Virus record (IMG/VR): IMGVR_UViG_3300025141_000034
Coordinates: 61,025 to 125,024 of that record
Source of the DNA: a virus
Direction: 5' to 3' (one strand)
DNA length: 64,000 nt
The position numbers and the translations under genes are program-made. Below the pieces are notes generated by a model that saw only the letters and a list, made by a program, of their open reading frames with translations, had not been told where the DNA came from and ran no database searches. This document shows, piece by piece, positions 29,514-40,100 of the stretch (its first letter is position 1; each line of letters starts with the position of its first letter).

Positions 29514-32500
29514 ATGGCTGAGCTGACATTCAAAAGTGCTGGAGTTAGCACGAGAGAAATAGATCTTTCATCGTCTAGCGTAACGGGTCCGGTAGGAGTT
29601 CCTGCTGGTGTCATTGGAACAGCTGATCAGGGACCAGCGTTTGTTCCCGTAACAGTTGCTAATTTTACTGAGTTTGTATCAACATTTGGACCAACAGATG
29701 GTGAGAAATTTGGACCGCTTGCTGTTAATGAGTGGCTGAAAAATGCACAGTCGTGCACATACGTCCGTGTTCTCGGTGTGGGTGATGGTAAGAAGAGAAA
29801 TACGTCTACAGGAAAGGTTACAAATGCAGGATTCATAGTTGGTGCCAAGCAGGTTCAACCAAACGGTCTTGTAGGAACTAATCCATACGCAAACACACAC
29901 GGTGACAGAGGAAACGTTCACTTTCTCGGATGCTACATGTCAGAGTCGGCTGGTAGTACAGTGTTTAGTAGTGCTGGAGGTCCACAGGCTTCACTTGCTT
30001 TTGCAAAAGCAAAGCTCACTATGGCAGACGGTGATAATAATACTAACGGACAGTTTACAGAAGGCGAATATGTCATAATCGTATCCCAGGACGGTACAAA
30101 AAGGGTATATGTTCTTTCTGATGGTAGTGAAAGTGGTGCAGCTGCAACCGGCGCTGTTTGTACCACTTCCACTGACATGGGCTCAGCAAATCTTTCCTCC
30201 GATGTTGCAGCTTTGGGTACATGTATAGCTGTAAACAACAACCTGAACACACATGGGCAGTATTTAATTTTAAATGAACTTAAAGCTGCAATTTCTCACG
30301 CAAACGGTCACAATGGAAAGATTACATGTAGCTCTGATGTAGCCAACACTGACGGCCCAGTATCAATTACACTAACACAGGCAATAGCAGGTGTTGACGG
30401 AAACACTGTAATAACTACAAATATAAGTCAGCTAACTACTGTTAATTTTGGAGGCGGGGGTGCAATTGCAGTTCCCATCCTCCGCGGAATTCTCATGTCG
30501 GCATCCGGTGTCATGCCGCTTCTCTCAGGAAATTTCCAGGTTACAGTCCCGGGATCAGGACCATCGTCAGCTGCAATCGGCAGAGACAAAGATGCCACCC
30601 TAAGGGGAGGTCTAACTGGATCGATGATACTAAGCAGCCAGGACTTTGTTCTATTCCTCAACGGTCACAAGGGATTGGGTTCTGATCCTAGAATCATCAC
30701 TGCGTCGATGGATCCTAACTCTCCTGCCTATATGTCTAGAGTTCTAAACACAGATCCCGCGATGATTGAGCAGAAGGGTCACCTACTCTACGCTCACTAC
30801 GACGTTCATCCAGCGATGGCAGTTCCTACAGGTTCTGGTATCCTGACTCCGGGTGCTACAGAGTTTCATAATAGTGAATATAATGATTGTATATTCATCA
30901 CAACGGGATCACTGAGCGCTGTGAACTTTGAAGGAAAGGGTCAAGCTGGCGGAAGCGCCACAGTTCCGGAGTATAGGTCGTGGGAGGATAGATTCACATC
31001 AGCAAAGTCACCCTACGTGATCTCACAGGACTTTGGTGGAAAGCCGTATGATCTATTTAGGGTAGAGTCACTATCTGACGGATCAGGCGTCAGCACTAAA
31101 TATAAGATCTCAATTGAGGGTCTAGCTAAGTCTAACTCTGACGTTAATAAATTTGGAAAGTTTGACCTCGTCGTTAGGGACTTTTACGACACAGACAATG
31201 ACAAGGTTGTCCTTGAGTCATTTAGGGGTCTAAGCCTAGATAATGAATCTGATAGATACTTTGCCAGGGTCATCGGTGATCAGAAGACATACTTTGACTT
31301 CGATCAGTCGTCAGACTCTCAGAAGATAGTCGTCGACGGCGATTTCACGAATCAGTCAAGATATATTCGTGTCAAGGTGAGCAACACACAGAGAGCAGGT
31401 GAGGTTCCTGACAACGCCCTCCCACTAGGCTTCAGAGGTCCTAGCCACCTGGTGACATCAGGCTCAGATCTTGTAGCGACTCTCGGTCACGGTGCTGCTA
31501 ACTTTGTTACTGTTCAAACAGGATCAATGAAAGAGCTTACTGAGCTACCAATTCCATACAGGGATAACTTGGCTCTCGGGACAGGTGACAAGAAGAGGGT
31601 TTCATCTCAACTATACTGGGGAATCCAGACAACAAGAAAGACAGATCCCACAGAGCCCAATAAACCTGATCTCTTCGACAGGTCGTTTGAAGGATTCGCG
31701 AAGTACTTCCCAGACTTTGCACTAAGCTATCAGAAGTTCTCAATTGGAAATAATGCAGGAAAAGCAGATACATTTGCAAATGGAATTCTAGACTCTGATA
31801 GGTTCAATAATAACAAGTTCACGCTTGAGAATGTCAAGGTCACAACAGGATCAGACACATACGCTAATCCTCGGGAATGGGCTAGCGCATCATACACACG
31901 TGCCGGCGGCGTAGGAACTGATAGAGATAATAAGACGCGGGCATTTAGCGTAGACGATCTAGGTATCGTTGGTAATAGAACATATGCCAAGTTCACATTC
32001 CTTCTTCAGGGAGGGTTTAACGGAACGAACATCTTCAACAAGGATAGGTCTAACCTATCTGACAATGCTGCCAAGAGAGAGATGGATGACTCCACAAATC
32101 AAGGCGGAAAGGACGGTTGCACAGTCGCATCATTCAGAAAGGCTGTAGATGTAATGGGCAATAAGTCTGATGTTGAGATTAAGCTTCTAGCAATTCCCGG
32201 CATGAGAGACGAGGCCATTACAGATTACGCAACTGATGCAGTTGAGAATAGGTTTGACTCACTCTACATCATGGATATTGAGGAGAAGGATGTTCTTAAC
32301 AATGTTGTAACATCGTCAGCACAGGACATAAGTGTTAGCGACACAGTGACAACGTTTAAGAATCGTGCTCTCGACTCATCGTTTGCAGCTGCATACTTCC
32401 CAGATGTTGTGATTCAGGATCCAAATAAGAGAACAAATGTTAGGTGCCCTCCGTCAGTAGCTGTTCTTGGAGCATTCTCCCTCAACGACGCTATCGGTCA

Positions 32501-32999
32501 TCCGTGGTTCGCTCCTGCAGGATTCTCCCGAGGTGCGCTGACATCTGTCATACAGGCATCAGTTGACCTTAACAGGGCAAATCTAGATAATCTCTACGAC
32601 GCTGACATCAATCCGATTACGGATTTCCCAGGAACCGGTGTCGTTGTCTGGGGTCAGAAGACGCTTCTAGCAGCTGCATCTGCTCTTGACAGGGTTAACG
32701 TAAGAAGGCTTCTGATAGACATCAGAAGAAAGGTGAGAGCTATCGCAAACACCCTTCTATTCGAACCCAATAGGGAGTCCACCCTGGAGAAATTCTCCGG
32801 TCTTGTCAATCCAATCCTGCAGAAGATCCAGGAGAAGAGCGGTCTGGCTCGCTACAAGGTGATCATCGATACGACCACCACGACACAGGCAGACATAGAG
32901 AATAACACACTTCGAGGAAAGATCTTCGTTCAACCCACAAGAACTGCAGAGTTCATAGCACTAGACTTCGTTGTTTCAAATGCAGGCGCAGAAGTCTAG
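29514..32999 (+). CDS. Tail sheath protein 2 (paralogue)
   Basis: SAGVSTREIDLS, GPAFVP, PWFAPAGFSRG, WGQKTL, DRVNVRRLL. Confidence 0.95.
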   Translation: MAELTFKSAGVSTREIDLSSSSVTGPVGVPAGVIGTADQGPAFVPVTVANFTEFVSTFGPTDGEKFGPLAVNEWLKNAQSCTYVRVLGVGDGKKRNTSTGKVTNAGFIVGAKQVQPNGLVGTNPYANTHGDRGNVHFLGCYMSESAGSTVFSSAGGPQASLAFAKAKLTMADGDNNTNGQFTEGEYVIIVSQDGTKRVYVLSDGSESGAAATGAVCTTSTDMGSANLSSDVAALGTCIAVNNNLNTHGQYLILNELKAAISHANGHNGKITCSSDVANTDGPVSITLTQAIAGVDGNTVITTNISQLTTVNFGGGGAIAVPILRGILMSASGVMPLLSGNFQVTVPGSGPSSAAIGRDKDATLRGGLTGSMILSSQDFVLFLNGHKGLGSDPRIITASMDPNSPAYMSRVLNTDPAMIEQKGHLLYAHYDVHPAMAVPTGSGILTPGATEFHNSEYNDCIFITTGSLSAVNFEGKGQAGGSATVPEYRSWEDRFTSAKSPYVISQDFGGKPYDLFRVESLSDGSGVSTKYKISIEGLAKSNSDVNKFGKFDLVVRDFYDTDNDKVVLESFRGLSLDNESDRYFARVIGDQKTYFDFDQSSDSQKIVVDGDFTNQSRYIRVKVSNTQRAGEVPDNALPLGFRGPSHLVTSGSDLVATLGHGAANFVTVQTGSMKELTELPIPYRDNLALGTGDKKRVSSQLYWGIQTTRKTDPTEPNKPDLFDRSFEGFAKYFPDFALSYQKFSIGNNAGKADTFANGILDSDRFNNNKFTLENVKVTTGSDTYANPREWASASYTRAGGVGTDRDNKTRAFSVDDLGIVGNRTYAKFTFLLQGGFNGTNIFNKDRSNLSDNAAKREMDDSTNQGGKDGCTVASFRKAVDVMGNKSDVEIKLLAIPGMRDEAITDYATDAVENRFDSLYIMDIEEKDVLNNVVTSSAQDISVSDTVTTFKNRALDSSFAAAYFPDVVIQDPNKRTNVRCPPSVAVLGAFSLNDAIGHPWFAPAGFSRGALTSVIQASVDLNRANLDNLYDADINPITDFPGTGVVVWGQKTLLAAASALDRVNVRRLLIDIRRKVRAIANTLLFEPNRESTLEKFSGLVNPILQKIQEKSGLARYKVIIDTTTTTQADIENNTLRGKIFVQPTRTAEFIALDFVVSNAGAEV

Positions 33000-33053
33000 A
33001 AAAACAAAATTGACGAATACTTAGGATAGTATACTCTCAGGAGAAATTTAGAG

Positions 33054-33545
33054 ATGGCAGAAACACTTTCAGTTAACGACTTACTTCCCAATAAGTTTGA
33101 ACCCAAGAGAAAATTTAGATGGGTCTTTGCTATAGAGGGAATAGACTCCTTCTTGATCAAGACGGCAAGTAGGCCTGGGTATGTGATAGCCGAACAGCCA
33201 ATTAAGTTTATTAACTCAATTAGATATGTTGCAGGTCGTCAGACATTTGATCAGGTTACCATTACCATGCACGATCCCATAGCGCCCTCAGGCGCTCAGC
33301 AGGTGATGGAGTGGATAAGGCTCCACTACGAGTCAGTCTCAGGTAGGGCAGGATATGCAGACTTCTACAAGCGTGACTGCCAGCTCAAGATGCTTGATCC
33401 AGTCGGAACAGTTGTTGAGCTGTGGGACCTAAAGGGCTGCTTTTTGATCGGCGCAAAGTATGGTGATCTCAGTTACGATGATGACTCAACTATGATGGAT
33501 GTCACTATAACAATGAGATTTGATAACTGCGTCCTGCAGTACTGA
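33054..33545 (+). CDS. Tail tube protein (T4 gp19-like)
   Basis: 163 aa after the sheaths; FEPKRKFRW, YKRD..LKMLDP.G..VE.W.L.G.F pattern. Confidence 0.9.
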   Translation: MAETLSVNDLLPNKFEPKRKFRWVFAIEGIDSFLIKTASRPGYVIAEQPIKFINSIRYVAGRQTFDQVTITMHDPIAPSGAQQVMEWIRLHYESVSGRAGYADFYKRDCQLKMLDPVGTVVELWDLKGCFLIGAKYGDLSYDDDSTMMDVTITMRFDNCVLQY

Positions 33546-33570
33546 TATATCCTTTTCTGATACTCTACCA

Positions 33571-33600
33571 AGGCCCACGTTTGTGGGCCTGACTTATTTA
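33571..33600 (+). terminator. Hairpin/terminator after tail tube
   Basis: AGGCCCAC-GTTT-GTGGGCCT; weak U-tail. Confidence 0.6.
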
Positions 33601-33625
33601 CAACTTCACTTCTTATGTTTAAAGT
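33597..33625 (+). promoter_or_regulatory. Sigma70-type promoter before the tail chaperone
   Basis: TTTACA-N17-TAAAGT. Confidence 0.45.
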
Positions 33626-33640
33626 TACATATGTGAGGAG

Positions 33641-34501
33641 ATGACTGTGTCAGATAGTAGAAAAGAGAGGAATAAGGTCTTTGGCGGCGATAACATAGAC
33701 CACAACGTTCCAGCGAGAAATGTCATGGTAGATGACTTTAACTGGGAGGTTCCAGTTGAATCTGTCCCAGTCCCTTCAGAGGGGAAGGTCTACCCACCAG
33801 ACAGTCCTCTTCACGGAAGGAAGACAGTGAACATTAAGGCGATGACAGCCAAAGAGGAGGACATCTTATCGTCTCGCGCTTTGATAGGCAGCGGAACTGT
33901 TATCTTGGAGCTTCTAAGGTCTTGTATAGTTGACGGCGATGTTAGTGCCAGTGACATGTTAACTGGAGATAGAAATGCACTCATGGTGGCTGTCAGGATC
34001 ACAGGCTACGGTCACGAGTACCCAGTTGTTGCTACATGCCCAAAGTGCTCAAATTCAGATCAACACACATTTAACCTTGCTGACATGCCGATACGTCGCC
34101 TATCAATAGACCCTGTTGTACCTGGAGATAACTGCTTTGAATTCCTTCTTCCTGTGACAAAGAAGACAGTTTACTTTAAATTTCTTACAGGTAGAGATAA
34201 TGATATCATGGAGGCTGAGGCTGAGAAGATGAAACGTCTATTTCCAGAAAGCAAGATTGAAAATAACGTGACAAGGAGGCTCCGGACCTCAATCATCTCA
34301 GTCGATGGTGTGGCTGATAGAAATAAGATAGCAAAGTTTGTAGAGAACATGCCGGCAATGGACTCAAGAAAATTAAGGGCATATATCGAAAATAATGAGC
34401 CTGGAATTGAGATGTCTGGAAAAATGAACTGTAATGCCTGCGGCCAGGAATCGGAGGTGGGCGTTCCGCTAGGTGCCTCATTTTTTTGGCCTAAGTTCTG
34501 A
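33641..34501 (+). CDS. Baseplate hub assembly/tail assembly chaperone (T4 gp26-like)
   Basis: VPVPSEG, MTAKEEDIL, CPKC and CNAC Zn pairs, C-terminal FFWP; between tube and tape measure genes. Confidence 0.8.
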   Translation: MTVSDSRKERNKVFGGDNIDHNVPARNVMVDDFNWEVPVESVPVPSEGKVYPPDSPLHGRKTVNIKAMTAKEEDILSSRALIGSGTVILELLRSCIVDGDVSASDMLTGDRNALMVAVRITGYGHEYPVVATCPKCSNSDQHTFNLADMPIRRLSIDPVVPGDNCFEFLLPVTKKTVYFKFLTGRDNDIMEAEAEKMKRLFPESKIENNVTRRLRTSIISVDGVADRNKIAKFVENMPAMDSRKLRAYIENNEPGIEMSGKMNCNACGQESEVGVPLGASFFWPKF

Positions 34502-34724
34502 TCATAGGGTCCATGTACTTGAGGAGATATACCAGCTAATTAGACACCTCGGCGTGGGATACGAGGAGTGTCGACGGATGCCCATCAGATATAGAAGGTG
34601 GTTCATAGATAGGATTGTTGAGGATTTCAACAAAAAGAAGAAACAGCGTGAGAAGGATGTGATCACGCAGGACACGGGTCCGACAGTCAATCTTATGGGA
34701 ACTGATAAGAGAAGTTTCTCCTGA
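34473..34724 (+). CDS. Second chaperone segment (T4 gp51-like / 'T' part), probably reached by frameshift
   Basis: EIYQLIRHL...MPIRYRRWFI; overlaps the upstream gene across a T7 run in the +1 frame. Confidence 0.65.
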   Translation: MPHFFGLSSDHRVHVLEEIYQLIRHLGVGYEECRRMPIRYRRWFIDRIVEDFNKKKKQREKDVITQDTGPTVNLMGTDKRSFS

Positions 34725-34766
34725 TCTTCTCTCGGTCGAAATACTTAATAGTGTAGGGGAATCTCC

Positions 34767-36935
34767 ATGCCAACAGATCAAGAAACAGATCAAGAAAAAA
34801 GAGATAAATTAGTAGCTGAGATCTCTGCCCTAGAGACACAGATGGCAGGACTTGACAAGACGACCGCCGAGTGGAAAAAATACAACAAGGAACTCGGAAA
34901 AGCTAGAGAGCAGCTAGTAGAGATTAGCAAGGATGCAGATACGGCAGCTAGTAGCCTATCTGCACTTGGAGCATCCGGAAAGACAGCGACAGGAGATATC
35001 CTTGCTGGTCTCAGCAAGACAGCGTCGGAGTCAAAGGAGGGGATAGACGCATACTACAAGCTGCTTGGATCTGTAAGCAAGGAGAAGAGAAAGCTATATC
35101 AGGAACTTCACGTTGCGCTAGGGACAGACTTCACAAAGGAGATGGAGAACTTTAGTGACGGTGCAGAGAAGTTAGGAAATCAGGTCGGCGGAACAATCCA
35201 GGATATGTACCAGGACTACTATGACAAGGGGTATAGGGTCTACTTCGGAGATGTTGAGGAATTCATGGAGTATGCCTCAGAGGTCTATCTATCAGTCGGG
35301 TCAGGATTCTCTGCAATGAGGTCGATGGGAGATCAGGCATCTGAGCAGATAGAGTCAGCTGCTATGATGGCAAGAGGTCTAGGCTTTAGCTCAACTGAGA
35401 TGATGGATGCCATGGACGCTCAATTTAGCAAGAGCGGTGAGTTTAGCAATAAGATCCTTAGAGAGATCACGACGTATTCTAACCTGATATCCAAGGAGAC
35501 AGGTGACTCTAACAAGGTCATAGCCAAGGGAATACTAGACATCAGGACAAACTTTGAAAGCTTTGGAAAGGTCTCTGTTGAGACAGCTGCCATGACTGTT
35601 GCAGGACTGAGATCAGTAGGCCTAGAGGTCAAGGACCTAGCGTCAATAGCTGATAAGTATATGAACTTTGACTCTGCATCTGAGTCTCTAGCAAACCTGA
35701 ATACATTAACGGGAATGCAGATCGACACCATGGCGATGATGGAGGCTGCAGCTAAGGATCCGTTTGATGCCATGATGATGCTGAGAGAGGGATTTTTAGA
35801 TACGGGCCAAGATTACACAAAGATGACCTTGCAGCAGCAGAAGGCAATAGCAGCCCAGGTCGGATTAAGCACAGAGGCAACAGCCAGGCTTCTCGATCCA
35901 AGCAGGGTCGTTGCAAACATGGAGGATCTGACAGCTGCAACTGAGGCACAGCAAAAGAAAGGTGTGGACAGCACAAAGGAGGCACTTGAAGCTCTTGAGG
36001 ATTCAATGGCCACAATTCCAGAGCACCAGCAAGAATTCAGTGATGCTGTGTTTAACACGATGGCCAACCGAGACCTCGCAGCGCTTACAGATAAGGCTGC
36101 ACTTGCGCATAAGGAGCTAACAAAGCTTGCAGCTGATCCAGCTAGGTTGAAGGGCGGATTATATAAGGACTTCCTTCCTGAGGATGCTGCTGAGAAACTC
36201 GAGGGTGATATCGCTTCACTGAAGGGCAAGACTATTGGTATTCTTAATGATGCATCAGCAGCTGTCGGTGAAAAAGCAGCATCGGTCGGTAGAAATATTC
36301 CATCCGAAATAGTAAAGAGCCTTGAAGGGACAGACGCTGAGATGGAGCTAAAGAGAGCCGGGATGATCGCTGGTGGGCACTTTGGAGAGGGTTTCAATGA
36401 TTCTGTAACAAGAGATGTGAAACGCGTCCAGGGAGACAATAAAGACGTCGCAGTAGTACCGCCAGCGGAAGACGCCGACGACCTCTACATTCCCAGGGTT
36501 GGGATGCCAAAGAGGCTAAACATGGCTGATGAGGTCCTGATCGGCAAGAGCGGCGGCCCAATAACTACGGCGATAGCAGACTTTGGTAGCGCAGTCATTC
36601 AGAATGTTGATGAGATCGTCGGAAGCATACACAGCGACTATCACGGTACAAAGGCCGTCTCTCCCACAGCAAAGGGTGTCGATGAATTTACTCCAGATCT
36701 GAAGCAAGACTTCAGTGATGCTGTGTATGGCTCGATGGCAAAGCGGAGTTCTCCACCCGGTTCCAAACATGAACGGATACCTGCTAAATTCGAGCCTATT
36801 TCGCCAGGTGTATCACCTCCCATCAATCTTAATCTTGAGATTAAGCTCGGACCAAGCACGATACTTGCTCTAAAGGATCAGATATTAAATGCTGGGCCTG
36901 TAGGGGATATTGAAATCATGAGAGAGACAGTATGA
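34767..36935 (+). CDS. Tape measure protein
   Basis: Ala/Met/Glu-rich helical protein after the chaperones; late motif at 34741. Confidence 0.75.
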   Translation: MPTDQETDQEKRDKLVAEISALETQMAGLDKTTAEWKKYNKELGKAREQLVEISKDADTAASSLSALGASGKTATGDILAGLSKTASESKEGIDAYYKLLGSVSKEKRKLYQELHVALGTDFTKEMENFSDGAEKLGNQVGGTIQDMYQDYYDKGYRVYFGDVEEFMEYASEVYLSVGSGFSAMRSMGDQASEQIESAAMMARGLGFSSTEMMDAMDAQFSKSGEFSNKILREITTYSNLISKETGDSNKVIAKGILDIRTNFESFGKVSVETAAMTVAGLRSVGLEVKDLASIADKYMNFDSASESLANLNTLTGMQIDTMAMMEAAAKDPFDAMMMLREGFLDTGQDYTKMTLQQQKAIAAQVGLSTEATARLLDPSRVVANMEDLTAATEAQQKKGVDSTKEALEALEDSMATIPEHQQEFSDAVFNTMANRDLAALTDKAALAHKELTKLAADPARLKGGLYKDFLPEDAAEKLEGDIASLKGKTIGILNDASAAVGEKAASVGRNIPSEIVKSLEGTDAEMELKRAGMIAGGHFGEGFNDSVTRDVKRVQGDNKDVAVVPPAEDADDLYIPRVGMPKRLNMADEVLIGKSGGPITTAIADFGSAVIQNVDEIVGSIHSDYHGTKAVSPTAKGVDEFTPDLKQDFSDAVYGSMAKRSSPPGSKHERIPAKFEPISPGVSPPINLNLEIKLGPSTILALKDQILNAGPVGDIEIMRETV

Positions 36936-37198
36936 AAGACCTATTTTTACAACTTGAAAAGGACCCTGAGATGCAGCAGGTCCTTGCCAGCCTAACAGAG
37001 GACCAGAGAGATATTCTTCTCGCAGAGATGAGAGAGATAGCAGATAACTTTGGACGGTCACTAAAATCTCTCCAGGAGAACCTATCAGACGAGGATTCCA
37101 TCGTGAAATTTGTCGATAAGCTTGGGAAAGCTATAAGTATTGGTGACATATCAGACAATATTGGGACAGAGGTGCTACAGTGGCCAGAGAAACACTGA
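36932..37198 (+). CDS. Small hypothetical protein
   Basis: ATGA overlap with the tape measure stop. Confidence 0.6.
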   Translation: MKDLFLQLEKDPEMQQVLASLTEDQRDILLAEMREIADNFGRSLKSLQENLSDEDSIVKFVDKLGKAISIGDISDNIGTEVLQWPEKH

Positions 37199-40100
37199 GA
37201 GATTTTTTAACATCTATCGGAAGCGGAGAGGATTCTATCTCCTATAAGCTTAGAGACGACTCCGGTGACGGCTCATTCGGCAAGGGAGATGATCTCGGTG
37301 TCGATCCAAACACAGGAAAGGAGCTTGTAGATCTTACAGATAACGAAAAAGGTCTTCTGGGTGACTATCTAAATTTTATTCAAGCTGAACGTAACGTCAT
37401 CTTTAATGTTAGTCCGGGAAACACAGAGGCTGTGTCGTCAGACAGGGGAGCCTCTCTACCCCCAGCTGAAAATCAGGGTGCAGATAAGGTGTTCATTGAG
37501 ACAGGTAACTCAAGTCCGATGTCAGTTGAGTTGGGAATGTACTCTAACAGCGGACAATTTGACACAGCTGACACATCTCTAGATCAGATAGTAGACAAGA
37601 CGTCTGGAGAGGACGGTCACGATCTTCTCTCTAAGATTGGCGGAAGGGCGTTAGGCACAGAGGGAGATCTGTCAGTAAATCCTCCGATACAGTATAAGTC
37701 AACTCCCATAGGTGATAGAGAGAAGTATATTGTCAATGCATCGGTAAACATCTTAAGGAATAATAATAGATTCTCTCCTGCAGGAGATACAATTGGAGAT
37801 GCATTTTCTGAGAGAGGAAAGACAGATCAGGAGCTAGATGAGGAACAGATCCTAACATCTCAGAGGGAGTTCGGAGAGTATGATAAAAATCCCTCAGTCG
37901 TAAGCTTCGAGGAGCTTAGTAAGATTGGAGGATCTCTTCTTAAGGCATCTCTTGGAATTGAGGGAGATGTGAATAGCATAGCTCCCGAAGATCTTCGTGC
38001 AAAAAATGCAGAAGGTTTTCCCGTGATAAATGACGCTACGAAGGAGGTTGGACTATCAACTAGGTCCGGAAGGGGAGACTTTTTAACTCTAGATAGAACA
38101 GATGCATCAGACTCTATTGGATCAATGACAAGCACAGGAGATGCATCATTTGATCCATCTAATAAGTGGCTTCTTAGAGCTCGTGCTATCGCAGGTATAA
38201 AGACAGCACTAGTTGCAATTGATGCGTTTAAAAGTATTGCTTTAGAGAGCTCCGGAGGAATTGACGCTCTTGTCAATCCATCGAGGTCGCCTCATATAAG
38301 CGGAAAGAATAAATACTACGTTCAGCTTGGAATGTCAATGATTATGAACTCTATATTGGTTCCAACAGACAGACCATACACAAATTGTGTGAATATGGGT
38401 GCTAGGATAATGTTTGGCCTAGATAAAAGCCTATCAGATGTAGCATCTGAGAGTGACATTAAAGATGAGAACCTTGAAAAGTCAAAGATCATTATGACAT
38501 CACCTGGATTTAGCCTAGTCCTTGCAAGATCAATTCTTTCATCTATTAATAGGTTAAATGATACCATGTCTGATCTCTCTGGTGAGGATTTTGACTCTGT
38601 AGAAGATGCACAGGAGATTATTAACAAGCTAGGAAGAACTCGTATCATCGGTGTTTTAAATTCACTTGCAATTGTAGGGGATATAAGTCTATCAAGGGCA
38701 AAGTCAAATTCTGGAAATTTTGGATTCCCTAGATCTAATTCTGCCTGGGACGTTGATAGCCTTCCAGACGGCCCATCAACAAGGGTCTCAAAGAGTAGGA
38801 CATCTGATGGACACAACGTATCTGCCCTGTCGATGAGAACATCTGCAACTCCCTCAGCTTACGTTCTACCAGTGGGTGTTCTAAGGGCTGTGTCTAGAAT
38901 GGGAATGAGCAATACAGACACAAATCCAGCAAGGCTTCTGGCATCCACTGTGGGAAAGAAGATCTATGCAGGACAGTCTATCTCAAATGGAGGAAGAATA
39001 CCTGCATCAGTTGTCCACAGGCTTGAGGATCTACTTGACTCTGAGTATGTTCCATTTTACTTTCACGACATCAGGACAAATGAGATAGTAGCATTTCACG
39101 CATTTTTAGATAGCCTATCTGATGGCTTTACAGCTAACTTTACAGAAACAGGTGGGTACGGTCGGATGGATCCAGTCCAGACCTATAGCAACACCAAGAG
39201 GGCCATAAGCTTCTCATTTACAATAGCTGCTACATCTCCTGAGGATTTTGATGAGATGTGGTTTAAGATTAATAAGCTTACAACACTCGTCTATCCGCAG
39301 TGGACCAAGGGTGACATGATCGAGGGTCCAGACTCAACTAGATTCGTTCAGCCGTTTAGTCAGATCGTAGGCGCATCACCTCTCATGAGGCTTAGGGTTG
39401 GAGACGTGATCAAGGGCAACTATTCTAAGTTTAATCTCGGTCGTATCTTCGGAGTCGGTGAGGCAGAGGCAAATCTTGAACCACCCTCAGGTGTCGGAGG
39501 AATTTCAGCTATGATTGCCAGCGCGCTTAGGCCGCTAAAGAGAGCATCAGACGAGGTATTTTTAAAGATATTTCTTGCTGCATTTGGAAGCCCTGTAGAC
39601 TTACTTCAGCCAGGCGGGCTTCTTGGTGTGGGCGGAGGAGGACCGCTTGCCTCTAGGCTAGAATCAGCAGCTACAAAGTTACTGGGAAATGGATTTGTGA
39701 ATCCTATTTTAGGAACAATTCTTAAAAAGTTTGAGGATCCTGATAATGATATATCTGAAATGATCCCAGGCGCAGCGGGTGCAACAGGCTATGATCCGAC
39801 ACGTAATAGCCAACTTTTTGGGACCCGTGTCTTCATCAAGGCCACACAGGCATATCCCTACAGGGTTATCGGTAAGGACGGTGTAGATCTAGATACATTT
39901 GAAACAGTTAGGTTCTCTAGGCCAGTTCTTGGAATAGTCATCGGGAGAGAAGTTCTTGGAATGGACGCGCTGATAGAAAGATTTAAGGATCACTTCTCTC
40001 AATACGGGGTCCCACCGTCAGACAATATTGATAAGAGCAAGTCAAGAACACTTTACACGGTCAGCATCATAGACTGGAATGTTCCTGACGGATTTAGGGG

